Below, piece by piece: positions 32,801 through 43,885 of a stretch of 64,000 nucleotides of DNA. The position numbers and the translations under genes are program-made. The notes below the pieces were generated by a model. The model searched no databases. It was not told where the DNA came from and saw only the letters and a program-made list of their open reading frames with translations. How positions within the stretch are numbered: position 1 is the first letter of the stretch; each line of letters starts with the position of its first letter. The DNA comes from Escherichia phage vB_EcoM_Ozark. The stretch lies in sequence record NC_054927.1. One strand, 5' to 3'.

Positions 32801-33303
32801 TTAAAAATATTTTTTAAAACTCATCATAACTTTATCATCAACATCATTATCAATCTGTGCAACAAGGTAAGATGACAGTTCTACTTCTTGTGGCGCGGAT
32901 TGAACATTATCAGAATTAAGATATTCACGAATCCAAGGATATGGGTGTTTAACCGGAGCATCGGTAATTGGGCATGGAAGACCACACTGTTTCATACGAG
33001 ATACAGTTAAGTAATCAATAAAGCTCCACATGCTATTTGTATTTAATCCAGGAACATCGCCATCTTTAAATAAATGAACTGCCCAATCTTTTTCTTGGCG
33101 GTTAACTTCCATGAAAATATCAACTGCTTCTTGTTCACACTCTTGAGCAATTTTAACCCATTCATCGCCATCAGTGCCAAGTTGAAGTTGACGAATAATA
33201 TATTGGGTGCCCTTGAGGTGGAGCTGTTCATCACGAGCAATGAACTTCATAATCTTGGCATTACCTTCCATGATTTCCATGTTCTTATGGAAGTTAAAGG
33301 TAC
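32801..33303 (-). CDS. nrdB: Ribonucleotide reductase small subunit NrdB, exon 2
   Basis: Frame stays open upstream of MEIMEGNAK to ..CTFNFHKN, which aligns with the E. coli R2 FACSFAF region when joined to exon 1. Confidence 0.8.
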
Positions 33304-34394
33304 CGTTATGTTCGATTGAGCTCGCTAATTCTCAACCCGTTCTCTTATGAACTGCTACATATTACTATGCAGACCAGACTATATCACAATCCCAGAGGGA
33401 TTCTCCCCATTTCGAGTCGCTTGACCCTACGTCCGAAGACTAGTCGTTGAACCTTGCTTTGCAATTGTCGCCGTGCCATCGTTTATATGTTGATGGTGAT
33501 AAATCTTTCTTATCACAATATGGACAATTCAATTGAATTCTATTTGGATTTAATTTACATCTGTCATTATGTTTTAGATAAAATCCAGGACCTTTACCAA
33601 TGTGACCGCAGAAATCACATGTGATTTCTTTTTGTGCAGGATGGGTCCCGTTCTTAACCATTTCTAATGTTTTTGCTGATGTTCTTTTCTTATGGTCTTC
33701 TGACAAGAAATGATGTGAACCGTCATTTACCCGTTTTGATTGAGTTTCTGACTGCATTTTACCACCGCAAAATACATGAGTACCTTCTTTTATAGCTGCA
33801 ATATTGCGTTCTTTAACTTTTGCAATATGCTCAGCTTGTTGAAAATTATGTATACCTAATGCAACTCTATTTAAATTAGATTTACGTTGTATTTCACCAC
33901 CTAAAAGATGAAATGTACCATTTTCTATCTTAGATTTAATAGAGGCAATATTTTTAGCTCGTACTTCAGGGATATTAAAAACCTGGATTTCTCTAGATTT
34001 TGCGGCTTTAGAAGCTAATTCAGAAATTTCTTCAGGAGAATATTTCATTCTGAGCTTTATAGCATGACAAGCCTGGTAGTCTTTTTGAGCTAAATGTATA
34101 TCATAATGTTCCTGTATAGAAAGGCACATCAAATTATCTAAATCATTATTTTCACGGTTACCGTCTTTATGATGGATTTCGTATGTTCTTCCATCAGAAT
34201 CTTTAGGTATAGGTCCGTTAGCATCTATCCAAATTTTTCTATAGTTCAATTGTGCATCCTCTTAAAAGTATAATCATATTTATATTATACTAATTAAAGG
34301 TGCAAGCAAAACCTTGGCTGCTAGTTTTCCTATAAAGGACTTTCCAGCAATTAAAGGAGTTTTCGATAAACGTTACCGTTTAAAGGCGCATTTT
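33304..34394 (-). other. Group I intron in nrdB (about 1.09 kb) carrying an endonuclease ORF
   Basis: Exon 1 ends in U at GCGU; intron begins AAAAUGCGCC whose GCGC can pair with exon GCGU (P1 with U-G at splice site); proposed 3' end is a G. Confidence 0.75.
33440..34249 (-). CDS. I-TevIII: Intron-encoded HNH homing endonuclease, full-length I-TevIII-like
   Basis: 269 aa; HNH core EIHHKDGNRENNDLDNL; C-terminal Cys clusters CDFCGH and CPYCDKK; lies wholly inside the intron. Confidence 0.8.
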   Translation of the reverse strand: MNYRKIWIDANGPIPKDSDGRTYEIHHKDGNRENNDLDNLMCLSIQEHYDIHLAQKDYQACHAIKLRMKYSPEEISELASKAAKSREIQVFNIPEVRAKNIASIKSKIENGTFHLLGGEIQRKSNLNRVALGIHNFQQAEHIAKVKERNIAAIKEGTHVFCGGKMQSETQSKRVNDGSHHFLSEDHKKRTSAKTLEMVKNGTHPAQKEITCDFCGHIGKGPGFYLKHNDRCKLNPNRIQLNCPYCDKKDLSPSTYKRWHGDNCKARFND

Positions 34395-35070
34395 ACGCAA
34401 AAGATACATAAAAACGAATAGCTTCCAATGCGTTGATTACATGGAGGCAAAGGTAAAGAGATTTCATTAAAGCACGTTTAGCTTCGGCTTCTTGTTTAAT
34501 AGCTCGGTTTAAACGAAAGACGGCATCAGGAGATTCTTTAGCTAGTTCTACAAATTCTTTAGCATTTTCCCATTCACGAGTCTTAACTAGAACATCATCG
34601 TAATAGCGACCAATGGACTCGGCACGTTTCATAATAGCTTTATCTAATACAATCTCATCAAATACCTTTGACGGATCAGTATAAAGATTTCGCATAATAT
34701 GAGTGTATGAACGACTGTGAATAGTTTCACTAAAAGTCCATGTAGCAACCCATGTATCAAGACTTGGGTCTGAAATTAACGACATAAGTACAGCAGACGG
34801 TGCACGACCCTGAATGCTATCTAGAAGTGATTGATACTTCAGGTTATTAGTAAAAATATCTTGCTGATATTGAGGAAGCTTGTTAAATTGTGCAGCATCC
34901 ATCATCAAGTTTACTTCTTCAGGACGCCAGAAAAATGATAATTGCTTTTCGGTTAAATCTTCAAAAACTTTATGACGTTGAATATCATAACGCGCAATAC
35001 CAAGACCTGAACCAAAAAACATAGGTTCTTTTAAAACATCAACTGGATTTGTATTAAAAACTGTGCTCAT
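34395..35070 (-). CDS. nrdB: Ribonucleotide reductase small subunit NrdB, exon 1
   Basis: 225 codons ending ..LHVINALEAIRFYVSFA, the conserved R2 region; stop follows immediately in the intron. Confidence 0.85.
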
Positions 35071-35121
35071 AAATTTTCCGCTTAGTTAATAGTTGGTGAC
35101 TCGTCCATGAGTCAAATTATA

Positions 35122-37386
35122 TCATAATTTACAGGATGAACAATCTTCAGCTTTTGGAGTTTCTATTTCATAATCATCAGTACCGGAACCATCACGGGTA
35201 TTATGATAATAGAAATTTTTTCCGCCAAAATACCAGAAATACAAAAGGTCATCAATCATTATTGACATTGGAACTTTTCCTTTTGGAAAAATCTGTGGGT
35301 CATAATACGTATTCGCTGAAGCTGATTGACATACCCATTTCAGCATAATAGCTACCTGCGTAAGATAAGGTTTATTACCTTTCTTAGCTAATTTCCATGT
35401 ATAATCATATAGGTCTATGTTATGCTCAATATTGGGCACGACTTGATTAAAGGAACCCTCTTTTGATTCTTTAACAGAGACTGGTCCACGTGGAGGCTCG
35501 ATACCGTTTGTACTGTTAGAAACTTGGGAAGATGACTCACATGGCATAAGTGCTGATAATGTGCTATTACGGATGCCAAAGAGCTTAAGGTCTTCCCGCA
35601 GCGACGACCAGTCACAAACGTATTTTGGAGCTGCGATTTGGTCAATCTTTTTATTGTACCAGTCGATAGGTAATTCGCCTCGAGACCAACGAGTGTCTGA
35701 ATAATATTCGCAAGGTCCTTTTTCTTTGGCGAGCTTAATGGATGCTTTAATGAGTCCATACTGTAATCTCTCAAATAGTTCATGTGTTAAATCGTTAGCA
35801 TCTTCATAAGAAGCAAAGTTACTTGCCAGCCAAGCTGCATAGTTGGTAACACCTACACCGAGGTTACGACGCTTTTTAGCTTTTTCTGCTTCAGGAACTG
35901 GATATCCTTGATAATCCAAAAGATTATCAAGAGCACGAACTTGAACTTCTGCCAATTCATTAATTTTATCTTGGTCTTGCCAGTCAAAATTATCTAGTAC
36001 GAATGCAGAGAGAGTACACAATCCAATTTCAGCATCAGGACTGTTCACATCATTTGTTGGAATAGCAATTTCACAGCACAAGTTACTCTGACGAATAGGT
36101 GCCTTTTCACGAATAAACGGAGTATAGTTATTCGTATTATCAATGAACTGCACATAAATCCTTGCTGTTCCTGAACGTTCAGTCATGAGCAATTCAAATA
36201 GTTCACGGGCTTTAATACGCTTTTTACGAATATTAGGGTCTTTTTCTGCTGCTTCGTATAATTCACGGAAACGGTCTTGGTCTTTAAAATAAGAATAATA
36301 AAGCTCGCCACCCATTTCATGTGGACTGAACAAAGTAATGTAATCGTTCTTTCCGAATCGTTCCATCATCAAATCATTCAGTTGAACACCATAATCCATA
36401 TGACGAATGCGGTTTTCTTCTACGCCTTTGTTATTTTTCAAAACGAGAAGATTTTCAACTTCCAAATGCCAAATAGGATAATAAGCAGTAGCAGCGCCGC
36501 CACGAATTCCACCCTGTGAGCATGATTTAACAGCAGTTTGAAAATGTTTCCAAAAAGGAATAACACCGGTATGGCGTACTTCACCCATGCCAATCTTAGA
36601 ACCTTCGGCACGAATCATACCAACGTTAATACCAATTCCAGCGCGTTTAGAGATATATTCAACAATTGAAGCAGAAGCCTTATTGATAGACTTCAGCGAA
36701 TCACCTGCCTCAATAACAACACATGAACTAAACTGTCGAGTCGGAGTACGGCAACCAGCCATAATAGGAGTTGGCAATGAAATCTGTCGAGTAGATACTG
36801 CTTCATAAAAACGGATAACATGTTTTAGTCTATCAACAGGTTCATCTTGATGCAATGCCATTCCAATAGCCATAAATGCAAACTGCGGAGTTTCATAAAT
36901 TTGACCAGTGGTTTTATCTTTAACTAGATATTTTTCTTTTAATTGCATCGCCCCGGAATAAGTAAATTCCATATCCCGCTCGTGCTTAATTTTTGATTCT
37001 AAAAATGTAATTTCTTCCGCAGAATATTTTGACAATAATTCAGGGTCATATTTCCCTTCATTTACGCAATAAGAAATATGGTCAATAAATGAACGCGGTT
37101 CATACTGCCCGTAAACATGCTTACGAAGAGCAAACATTAAACAGCGTGCAGCTACATATTGATAATCAGGCTCTTCAACCGAAATAGAATTCGCAGCAGC
37201 CTTAATTACAATAGTTTGAATGTCATCAGTGGTCATTCCATCACGGAGATATGATTTAATATTTTCATATAATTCATAAGGATCTACAGATGTTCCTTCA
37301 GCTGCCCAAGATAAAACTTTAATAATTTTTTGTGGGTCAAAGCTCTGAGAAACACCACTACTTTTGATAACATTAATTAATTGCAT
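35122..37386 (-). CDS. nrdA: Ribonucleotide reductase large subunit NrdA
   Basis: 754 aa from ATG (MQLINVIKSSG); class Ia motifs and C-terminal CSSC; track ORF is over-extended upstream. Confidence 0.9.
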   Translation of the reverse strand: MQLINVIKSSGVSQSFDPQKIIKVLSWAAEGTSVDPYELYENIKSYLRDGMTTDDIQTIVIKAAANSISVEEPDYQYVAARCLMFALRKHVYGQYEPRSFIDHISYCVNEGKYDPELLSKYSAEEITFLESKIKHERDMEFTYSGAMQLKEKYLVKDKTTGQIYETPQFAFMAIGMALHQDEPVDRLKHVIRFYEAVSTRQISLPTPIMAGCRTPTRQFSSCVVIEAGDSLKSINKASASIVEYISKRAGIGINVGMIRAEGSKIGMGEVRHTGVIPFWKHFQTAVKSCSQGGIRGGAATAYYPIWHLEVENLLVLKNNKGVEENRIRHMDYGVQLNDLMMERFGKNDYITLFSPHEMGGELYYSYFKDQDRFRELYEAAEKDPNIRKKRIKARELFELLMTERSGTARIYVQFIDNTNNYTPFIREKAPIRQSNLCCEIAIPTNDVNSPDAEIGLCTLSAFVLDNFDWQDQDKINELAEVQVRALDNLLDYQGYPVPEAEKAKKRRNLGVGVTNYAAWLASNFASYEDANDLTHELFERLQYGLIKASIKLAKEKGPCEYYSDTRWSRGELPIDWYNKKIDQIAAPKYVCDWSSLREDLKLFGIRNSTLSALMPCESSSQVSNSTNGIEPPRGPVSVKESKEGSFNQVVPNIEHNIDLYDYTWKLAKKGNKPYLTQVAIMLKWVCQSASANTYYDPQIFPKGKVPMSIMIDDLLYFWYFGGKNFYYHNTRDGSGTDDYEIETPKAEDCSSCKL

Positions 37387-37411
37387 AAGTCCTCTGTAGT
37401 AAGTTACCCCA

Positions 37412-37419
37412 TATAAATA
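37412..37419 (+). promoter_or_regulatory. Late promoter TATAAATA driving the GIY-YIG endonuclease gene
   Basis: Exact TATAAATA 22 nt upstream of ATG 37442, followed by AGGAG RBS. Confidence 0.55.
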
Positions 37420-37441
37420 TAATTTTATATAGGAGAATATA

Positions 37442-38173
37442 ATGAAATCTGGAATATATGCTATTATAAACACTAAAACCAATAAGCACTATATAGGAAG
37501 TGCAATTAATTTTGAAGAACGATGGAAACGACACTTTAAAGATTTAGATAATGGAAATCATCATTCAATAAAGCTGCAGCGTTCTTATAATAAGCATGGG
37601 AAAGATGCTTTCGTATGTAAAATCATAGAAGAACTTCCATACGAAAAATCTATCATTATTGAACGTGAAAATTATTGGATACATGAATATGACTCAAAGG
37701 AAAATGGGTATAATATAGCAGACGCATCGTTTGGGGATACCTTATCTCATCACCCAAGAAAGCAAGAAATCCTTAATAAAATTTCAAATGCAATTAAAAA
37801 TAATAATTCAAAATTATCACCAGAAGAACTTAAGCAAAAACATGGTAGACCTAAAGACATCAAAGGTAAAACTATAGAAGAACACTATGGGTTAGATCGT
37901 GCTATAGAAATAAGCAAAAAGTTCCAAGAAAGAAACGCTGCACTTAATATGAAAGGCATCAATAATCCATATTATGGACAGACACATACCAATGAAGTTA
38001 GAAAACGAATTTCTGACTCACAAAGAGGTAAAAAGAAACCCCATCTAAGAGTAAGTATAGATGGGGTAGAATATCCAACAATAGCAGAAGCTGTGCGTCA
38101 AACCGGAATAAGCAGAAAACTTATATCTAAAAGATGTGCTCTAGATTGTTGGGAATCATATTTATACTGCTAA
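37442..38173 (+). CDS. Free-standing GIY-YIG homing endonuclease, I-TevI-like catalytic domain
   Basis: 243 aa; N-terminal about 100 aa closely resemble remembered I-TevI ([36 protein letters not shown]); C-terminal region has NUMOD-like and HTH-like segments; only plus-strand gene in a 30-kb minus-strand block. Confidence 0.8.
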
Positions 38174-38407
38174 AGTTCTACATTCGTCATATTGTTTTTC
38201 CGTTAAAACAGTAATATCGTAGTAACAGTCAGAAGAAGTTTTAACTGTGGAAATTTTATTATCAAAATACTCACGAGTCATTTTATGAGTATAGTATTTT
38301 TTACCATAAATGGTAATAGGCTGTTCTGGTCCTGGAACTTCTAACTCGCTTGGGTTAGGAAGTGTAAAAAGAACAACGCCAGAAGTATCTTTAAATCGTA
38401 AAATCAT
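38162..38407 (-). CDS. Hypothetical protein immediately downstream of td
   Basis: 81-aa ORF whose ATG overlaps td stop (ATGA); its 3' end overlaps the convergent GIY-YIG gene by 12 nt. Confidence 0.5.
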
Positions 38408-39264
38408 ATTGCCATTTTCCCTTTAATTGCTGGATGCGATTCATAATTTTCAAGGATAAAATCTTTCGGTTTCATGTATTCAGTTAACCAGTAAAGCTGT
38501 GTTTCGGTGTCACAATTTCCAAACTCTATAGGCCAATCAATTTTAAGTTCACATAGTTCTTTAGGCTCACGACGTAAAATTTCTTTACATTGCTCAGTAT
38601 GATTCATATAGATGTGAGTATTACCACCAGAAAATATCAAATCTCCTGGGATAAGATTACACATCTTAGCCACAATATGCGTCAAGGCAGCGTACGAGGC
38701 AATGTTGAATGGCAATCCCAAGAAAACATCTACACTTCTTTGGTACCATTGTAAATCAAGATAACCATTACGCACATTAAACTGATAGAACATATGACAG
38801 GGCGGTAATGCCATTTGATTGATTTCAGCTGGATTCCATGCTGAAACGATTTGACGTCGATCAGTTGGTAATTTTTTAATACGATCAATAGTTTCAACTA
38901 ATTGATCCACACCACCGAAATCACGCCATTGTTTACCGTATATAGGACCAAGTTCACCACTATGATATCCTAGGTCTTTAGCCTGGTTTTCATAGTTATC
39001 GTCCCAAATAGTTTTACCTTGAATAAGACTACCATGAGTGCGAAGACGTAAATCATTAACATTGGTAGAACCGGAAATAAACCATAGAAGCTCAGCAATG
39101 CATGCATTCCAGGCGAGCTTCTTAGTTGTTACTGCAGGAAAACCTTTAGTTAAATCCCAGCGTAATTTAGTACCGAACAAAGCAATTGTTCCTGTGCCTG
39201 TTCGGTCATCGGTTTCATAGCCATTTTCAAAAATGTCTTTAATTAAATCTTGGTATTGTTTCAT
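38404..39264 (-). CDS. td: Thymidylate synthase, intronless
   Basis: Single continuous 286-aa ORF with ThyA motifs (active-site PPCH, DLGPIYG). Confidence 0.92.
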
Positions 39265-39309
39265 TTAGTACCTTATATAAATTATAATACATTTTATGAA
39301 GCTGAATAA

Positions 39310-39669
39310 TCAATACGGTTTAGCATCAAATTTTCTCTCAATTTCAGGTGTGAAATATAATTCTTTACCGCGTTTGGAAAAGCGACCAATAATATGATAA
39401 TTATTCTCATCAAACGTGATATTACCAATATCCATAGCTTTCAACCAAATATCGATATTTCTATCCAGCTTTATGTCAAAATTCCAATACGGAGAACTAT
39501 TACCGAAAATACTACAAGCGGATTCAGTGAAACAGCTACTATAAATCTTGTCTTTAGGAACTACTAATTGATAAACACCTTTAATAAACTGAGGACCTTG
39601 CCATTTTGGCTGTTTCGCGTCTTTTTCTAATAGAATAGGGTAATAATTAAAATTCATATTTTCCGCCAT
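39310..39669 (-). CDS. Hypothetical 119-aa protein inserted between frd and td
   Basis: ATG-initiated ORF 8 nt after frd stop with no clear RBS; no recognisable motif. Confidence 0.5.
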   Translation of the reverse strand: MAENMNFNYYPILLEKDAKQPKWQGPQFIKGVYQLVVPKDKIYSSCFTESACSIFGNSSPYWNFDIKLDRNIDIWLKAMDIGNITFDENNYHIIGRFSKRGKELYFTPEIERKFDAKPY

Positions 39670-39677
39670 GCGTTATT

Positions 39678-40504
<827 letters not shown>

Positions 40505-40515
40505 ATCATCTCCAA

Positions 40516-40848
40516 TTAAAAAGGATCAGGAACGTATCCGCTAGCTTTAATCATTTTAATTAACGTTAACATTCCTTTGTTAACTGCTCGTGAGATTTCA
40601 TCAAAAGCTTCAGGATTAAAAAGTTCTAACACGCCCTTCTGAACTTTTAATTTACAGCCAACAATTTCTTCATCGCCTATAGTAAATTCATTACCACCAA
40701 TTCCTCCGAAAAACTTAATTACACCAGTTAACTGTCTTCCACGAGAATATGGGTCGTGTGATAAATTAATATGAGTCACCCCGGGTACAGTTTTAAATTG
40801 GCAGCGAATGTTTACTTGGGAAATTCCAGTTACATGAATATCAGACAT
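40516..40848 (-). CDS. Hypothetical protein
   Basis: 110-aa ORF. Confidence 0.5.
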   Translation of the reverse strand: MSDIHVTGISQVNIRCQFKTVPGVTHINLSHDPYSRGRQLTGVIKFFGGIGGNEFTIGDEEIVGCKLKVQKGVLELFNPEAFDEISRAVNKGMLTLIKMIKASGYVPDPF

Positions 40849-40858
40849 AATATTTTCC

Positions 40859-41158
40859 TCAAACAGACTTTTTCACAATTTTCCAATCAGCTTTAAACTG
40901 TTCAACGTCAGAATGGTAAATCCAGAATCCTGCGCTTTCTCCATCCTCATAAAGAGGGCATCCATCACATTCATCTTCCCATCCCATATCACGCAAAAGA
41001 CGTTCAGCTTTTTCAACAAGTTCAGAATCTTTACCAATAATATTAAAATACCATTTACCTCTAACTTCTGAATCTTTGATACTCTGACGTTGTAATCTCA
41101 TTTTATTCTCCTTAGTTGATAAGGCTATAGTATCACTACCATAGCCTGTTGTAAACAA
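40859..41158 (-). CDS. Hypothetical protein
   Basis: 99-aa ORF; true start may be an internal Met. Confidence 0.45.
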   Translation of the reverse strand: MFTTGYGSDTIALSTKENKMRLQRQSIKDSEVRGKWYFNIIGKDSELVEKAERLLRDMGWEDECDGCPLYEDGESAGFWIYHSDVEQFKADWKIVKKSV

Positions 41159-41452
41159 TTATTTTTGAATTTTATCGAGCCACTTACCAAGCTTAATCAT
41201 TTCTTTAGTAGCCTTTTCCATACTTCTGAACTTAACCAATAGAGGATAGGTATCGACACCCATAACTAAACTGGTTACAAGACTGTGTTCACCCACAAGC
41301 CATAACGAATACGTTTGAATATCGAGCCCGTAATTTCTGTCTTTGTGGACCCGTACACCCATCACTTCAAATTTCTCACTAGCTTTTTCTACCGCATTCA
41401 GGAAATCATCTTTAGTCATATTAGGCCTTAAAAGTTTTTCGCAAAAGTTCAA
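41159..41452 (-). CDS. Hypothetical protein
   Basis: 97-aa ORF. Confidence 0.5.
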   Translation of the reverse strand: MNFCEKLLRPNMTKDDFLNAVEKASEKFEVMGVRVHKDRNYGLDIQTYSLWLVGEHSLVTSLVMGVDTYPLLVKFRSMEKATKEMIKLGKWLDKIQK

Positions 41453-41801
41453 TGATTTCGTCTACATTGTTTTCATCTACAATGCAGTGAATTTTTGTTA
41501 CGCCAGAAACCTTGTCTTTGACTTCATCTTTTTCAGAAGTCGGTTCTTTATACTCACGAAAACAATGAAATTCGTCTTCGCAAATTTCTAAAAGTCTATC
41601 TTTGAGGTAAAAATGCTTTCCATTTGCGCATTCAATGTGTTTTACTGCTTTATATCCGTTAGCGACGGAAACTTCTTTAACTTCAAACCATCCGCCATTA
41701 TCTCGAATGGCTTTAACTATTGATGAATTAGAACGTGGGCTATAATTAATAAATGTATCAATAAGTCTTGGAACAAGTTCATACTTTTTACCAGTATACA
41801 T
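41421..41801 (-). CDS. Hypothetical protein
   Basis: 126-aa ORF with several Cys/His. Confidence 0.5.
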   Translation of the reverse strand: MYTGKKYELVPRLIDTFINYSPRSNSSIVKAIRDNGGWFEVKEVSVANGYKAVKHIECANGKHFYLKDRLLEICEDEFHCFREYKEPTSEKDEVKDKVSGVTKIHCIVDENNVDEIIELLRKTFKA

Positions 41802-41845
41802 TACGGTTTCCTCATTTTGATAGGGGCTTGATAGCCCCTTGATAA

Positions 41846-42076
41846 TTATTGTTCAATCAGTCCCATGTAAAATTCTGCGTCTTCAGAATCCATGCCATCA
41901 CAATATTCATTAGCCATAAAGCGGGTGAGGTCTTCAAGAGGACCTTCAATGACAATAGAAAAATTGCAATAATTGGGATCATCGTGAATACTTGTGATGC
42001 TAAGTTCAGGATAACGATTACGAATAATTTCTTCGATATATTCAAAATCAACGATGTCAATATCAACTTTAGCCAT
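41846..42076 (-). CDS. Hypothetical acidic protein (frd.3-like position)
   Basis: Track ORF starts at 42139, which lies inside promoter elements; ATG at 42076 with GAGGAA RBS gives about 76 aa. Confidence 0.5.
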   Translation of the reverse strand: MAKVDIDIVDFEYIEEIIRNRYPELSITSIHDDPNYCNFSIVIEGPLEDLTRFMANEYCDGMDSEDAEFYMGLIEQ

Positions 42077-42119
42077 ATTATTTTCCTCTTTAATCATCAG
42101 CAGTATTGCCGATAGTTGT

Positions 42120-42149
42120 ATAGTACCATGGAAGGACAAGGATGTAAAC
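42120..42149 (-). promoter_or_regulatory. T4-type early promoter (family shared with motA and ndd-region promoters)
   Basis: Minus strand GTTTAC, 18-nt spacer, TACTAT; conserved flanks gatagttgtatagtacca and gttttgtgaaa. Confidence 0.55.
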
Positions 42150-42223
42150 TGTTTTGTGAAAAAAATTTTTGAAATAAAAAAAGGGGACCTCTAGGGTCCC
42201 CAATTAATTAATAATATAATCTA

Positions 42224-43132
42224 TTAAAGGTCATTCAAAAGGTCATCCAGGTCCGTGTCATCAGCACTAGATGAACTGCCAGAGCTTGAGCTCATAAAAT
42301 CATCTTCAGTTTTTGTATTGAAGTCATCAACATTGAATGCATCCAAATCATCAGCAACTTTATCAGCTTTCTTAGCAGCAGTCGCTGCGGCACCGCCCAT
42401 CACAGCAGTTCCCATAACTTGACCGAATTTAGTATTCAGTTCTTCAAATGATTTGAATTTATCTTTAGAAGTCATTTCAGAAAGGTCAACCATTTGTTCG
42501 AACAGTTCTTTCTGGAAAGATTCATCATCAATGTTTGGAATCGCAGATTGATTCAGGAATTTAGATTCGTCGTAGTTACTAAATCCAGAAACTTGTTTAA
42601 CTTTCAGTACAAAGTTAGCACCTTCCCACGGACAAGTTACATCAACTGGAGTTTCACCCATTTCAACATCAACCGCAATCATTGCATTGATTTTATCCCA
42701 GATTTTCTTACCGAAACGGTATTTAAATACTTTACCTTCGTTTTCTGGAGCAGCTGGGTCTTTTACTACAAGAATGTTAGCCCAGTAAGAAGTTTTACGT
42801 TTAACAAGACTGTACTCTTTATTGTCAGTGTTGTACAGATCATTTTTACTAATATATTGACATACTGGGCAAGAATCGTAATCACCGTGGGTAGATGAAC
42901 AGTTTTCAATATACCATTTACCATTTTTCTTGAAACCGTGATTTACAAGAATTGCGAATGGTGCTTGTTCATCATTTTTAGACGGAAGAAAACGAATTAC
43001 TGCTTGACCGTTACCCGCATTGTCGAGTTTCAGTTTCCACTCGCCTTTATCTTCAGAAGAAAAACCACCTTTATTTCCAGCCAGTTTAGCCATTTGTGCA
43101 GCGAGTTCAGCAGTAGATTTACGTTTAAACAT
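42224..43132 (-). CDS. 32: Single-stranded DNA-binding protein gp32
   Basis: 302 aa; matches remembered T4 gp32 including zinc-site Cys/His and acidic C-terminus. Confidence 0.95.
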   Translation of the reverse strand: MFKRKSTAELAAQMAKLAGNKGGFSSEDKGEWKLKLDNAGNGQAVIRFLPSKNDEQAPFAILVNHGFKKNGKWYIENCSSTHGDYDSCPVCQYISKNDLYNTDNKEYSLVKRKTSYWANILVVKDPAAPENEGKVFKYRFGKKIWDKINAMIAVDVEMGETPVDVTCPWEGANFVLKVKQVSGFSNYDESKFLNQSAIPNIDDESFQKELFEQMVDLSEMTSKDKFKSFEELNTKFGQVMGTAVMGGAAATAAKKADKVADDLDAFNVDDFNTKTEDDFMSSSSGSSSSADDTDLDDLLNDL

Positions 43133-43231
43133 TTTTATTTCCTTTTTAATTTAATTAACAGTTGGTGCTATGACGATGTATGACCTCATAGCTAGTCAGT
43201 GAGATAATTATAATCTATTTATAATAAGCAA
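43133..43231 (-). promoter_or_regulatory. Gene 32 leader: late promoter plus candidate translational operator
   Basis: TATAAATA at 43216-43223 (minus); leader has self-complementary GCTATGAGGTCATACATCGTCATAGC followed by AT-rich TTAATTAAATTAAAAA before the RBS. Confidence 0.5.
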
Positions 43232-43885
43232 TTAATACTTACAAGATTTCACAGTTTCAATGAAAACACTTTTAGCTTTCTGTGAATCAATATTTAAAAT
43301 TTTTCTATAAGCCTTTAACTTTATAGAATAATTATTCCAGACTAAATTATCAGTCTGTTCATCATGTTTATCAATTATATTTAAAAATGAATCAAGCAAG
43401 ATAAACGTCTCAAACGAAATTATGTTCGATTGCAGAAGTTTAAAAATATAACTTGATTGAACTTTTGGATTATATTCAAAAATTTCTTTAAAAGCAGAAA
43501 CTTCAACTTTTTTACTAAAATAATAAATGTTGCGAATATCTTCTTCAAACTTAAATTTAATTTGCTTTAAGCGTCCGATATATTCACGATAAAACACAAG
43601 TGCATCAGCGTCAGAGATGTCGCCAATCCAAGCATCTTGGTTAGCAACCAAATTACTTATAAAGATTAAAGCAAGTTCCTTTAATTTATATTTTTCTGAT
43701 AACTTCTGGAAAAAATACTTATCCCTTCGCTTTTGATAAGCGGCATCAGACACCCGCATGCACCAATTATACTTAATAACATCATACTTTCCATTCATAT
43801 GTTGTTTTATCATTAAGTATAATTTATAAACTGATTTACCATCAATGTATCTTTCACCACCAGCAGGCATGCGGAGTTTAATCAT
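43232..43885 (-). CDS. 59: Helicase loader gp59
   Basis: 217 aa, same length and position as T4 gp59. Confidence 0.85.
   Translation of the reverse strand: MIKLRMPAGGERYIDGKSVYKLYLMIKQHMNGKYDVIKYNWCMRVSDAAYQKRRDKYFFQKLSEKYKLKELALIFISNLVANQDAWIGDISDADALVFYREYIGRLKQIKFKFEEDIRNIYYFSKKVEVSAFKEIFEYNPKVQSSYIFKLLQSNIISFETFILLDSFLNIIDKHDEQTDNLVWNNYSIKLKAYRKILNIDSQKAKSVFIETVKSCKY

Noticed and set aside
35071-35121. Looked for a mobE/hef-type HNH gene between nrdA and nrdB
   Set aside because: Only 51 nt separate the two genes; no ORF possible.
38404-39264. Looked for a td intron with embedded I-TevI as in T4
   Set aside because: td is a single uninterrupted 286-aa ORF; the I-TevI-like gene is free-standing outside td.
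41846-42139. Track ORF start at 42139 for the frd.3-like gene, and similar long N-terminal extensions at 61512-61760, 61869-62144 and 35122-37482
   Set aside because: The extended starts use GTG/TTG or run through promoter -10/-35 elements; internal ATGs with GAGGA-type RBS give lengths matching T4 proteins.
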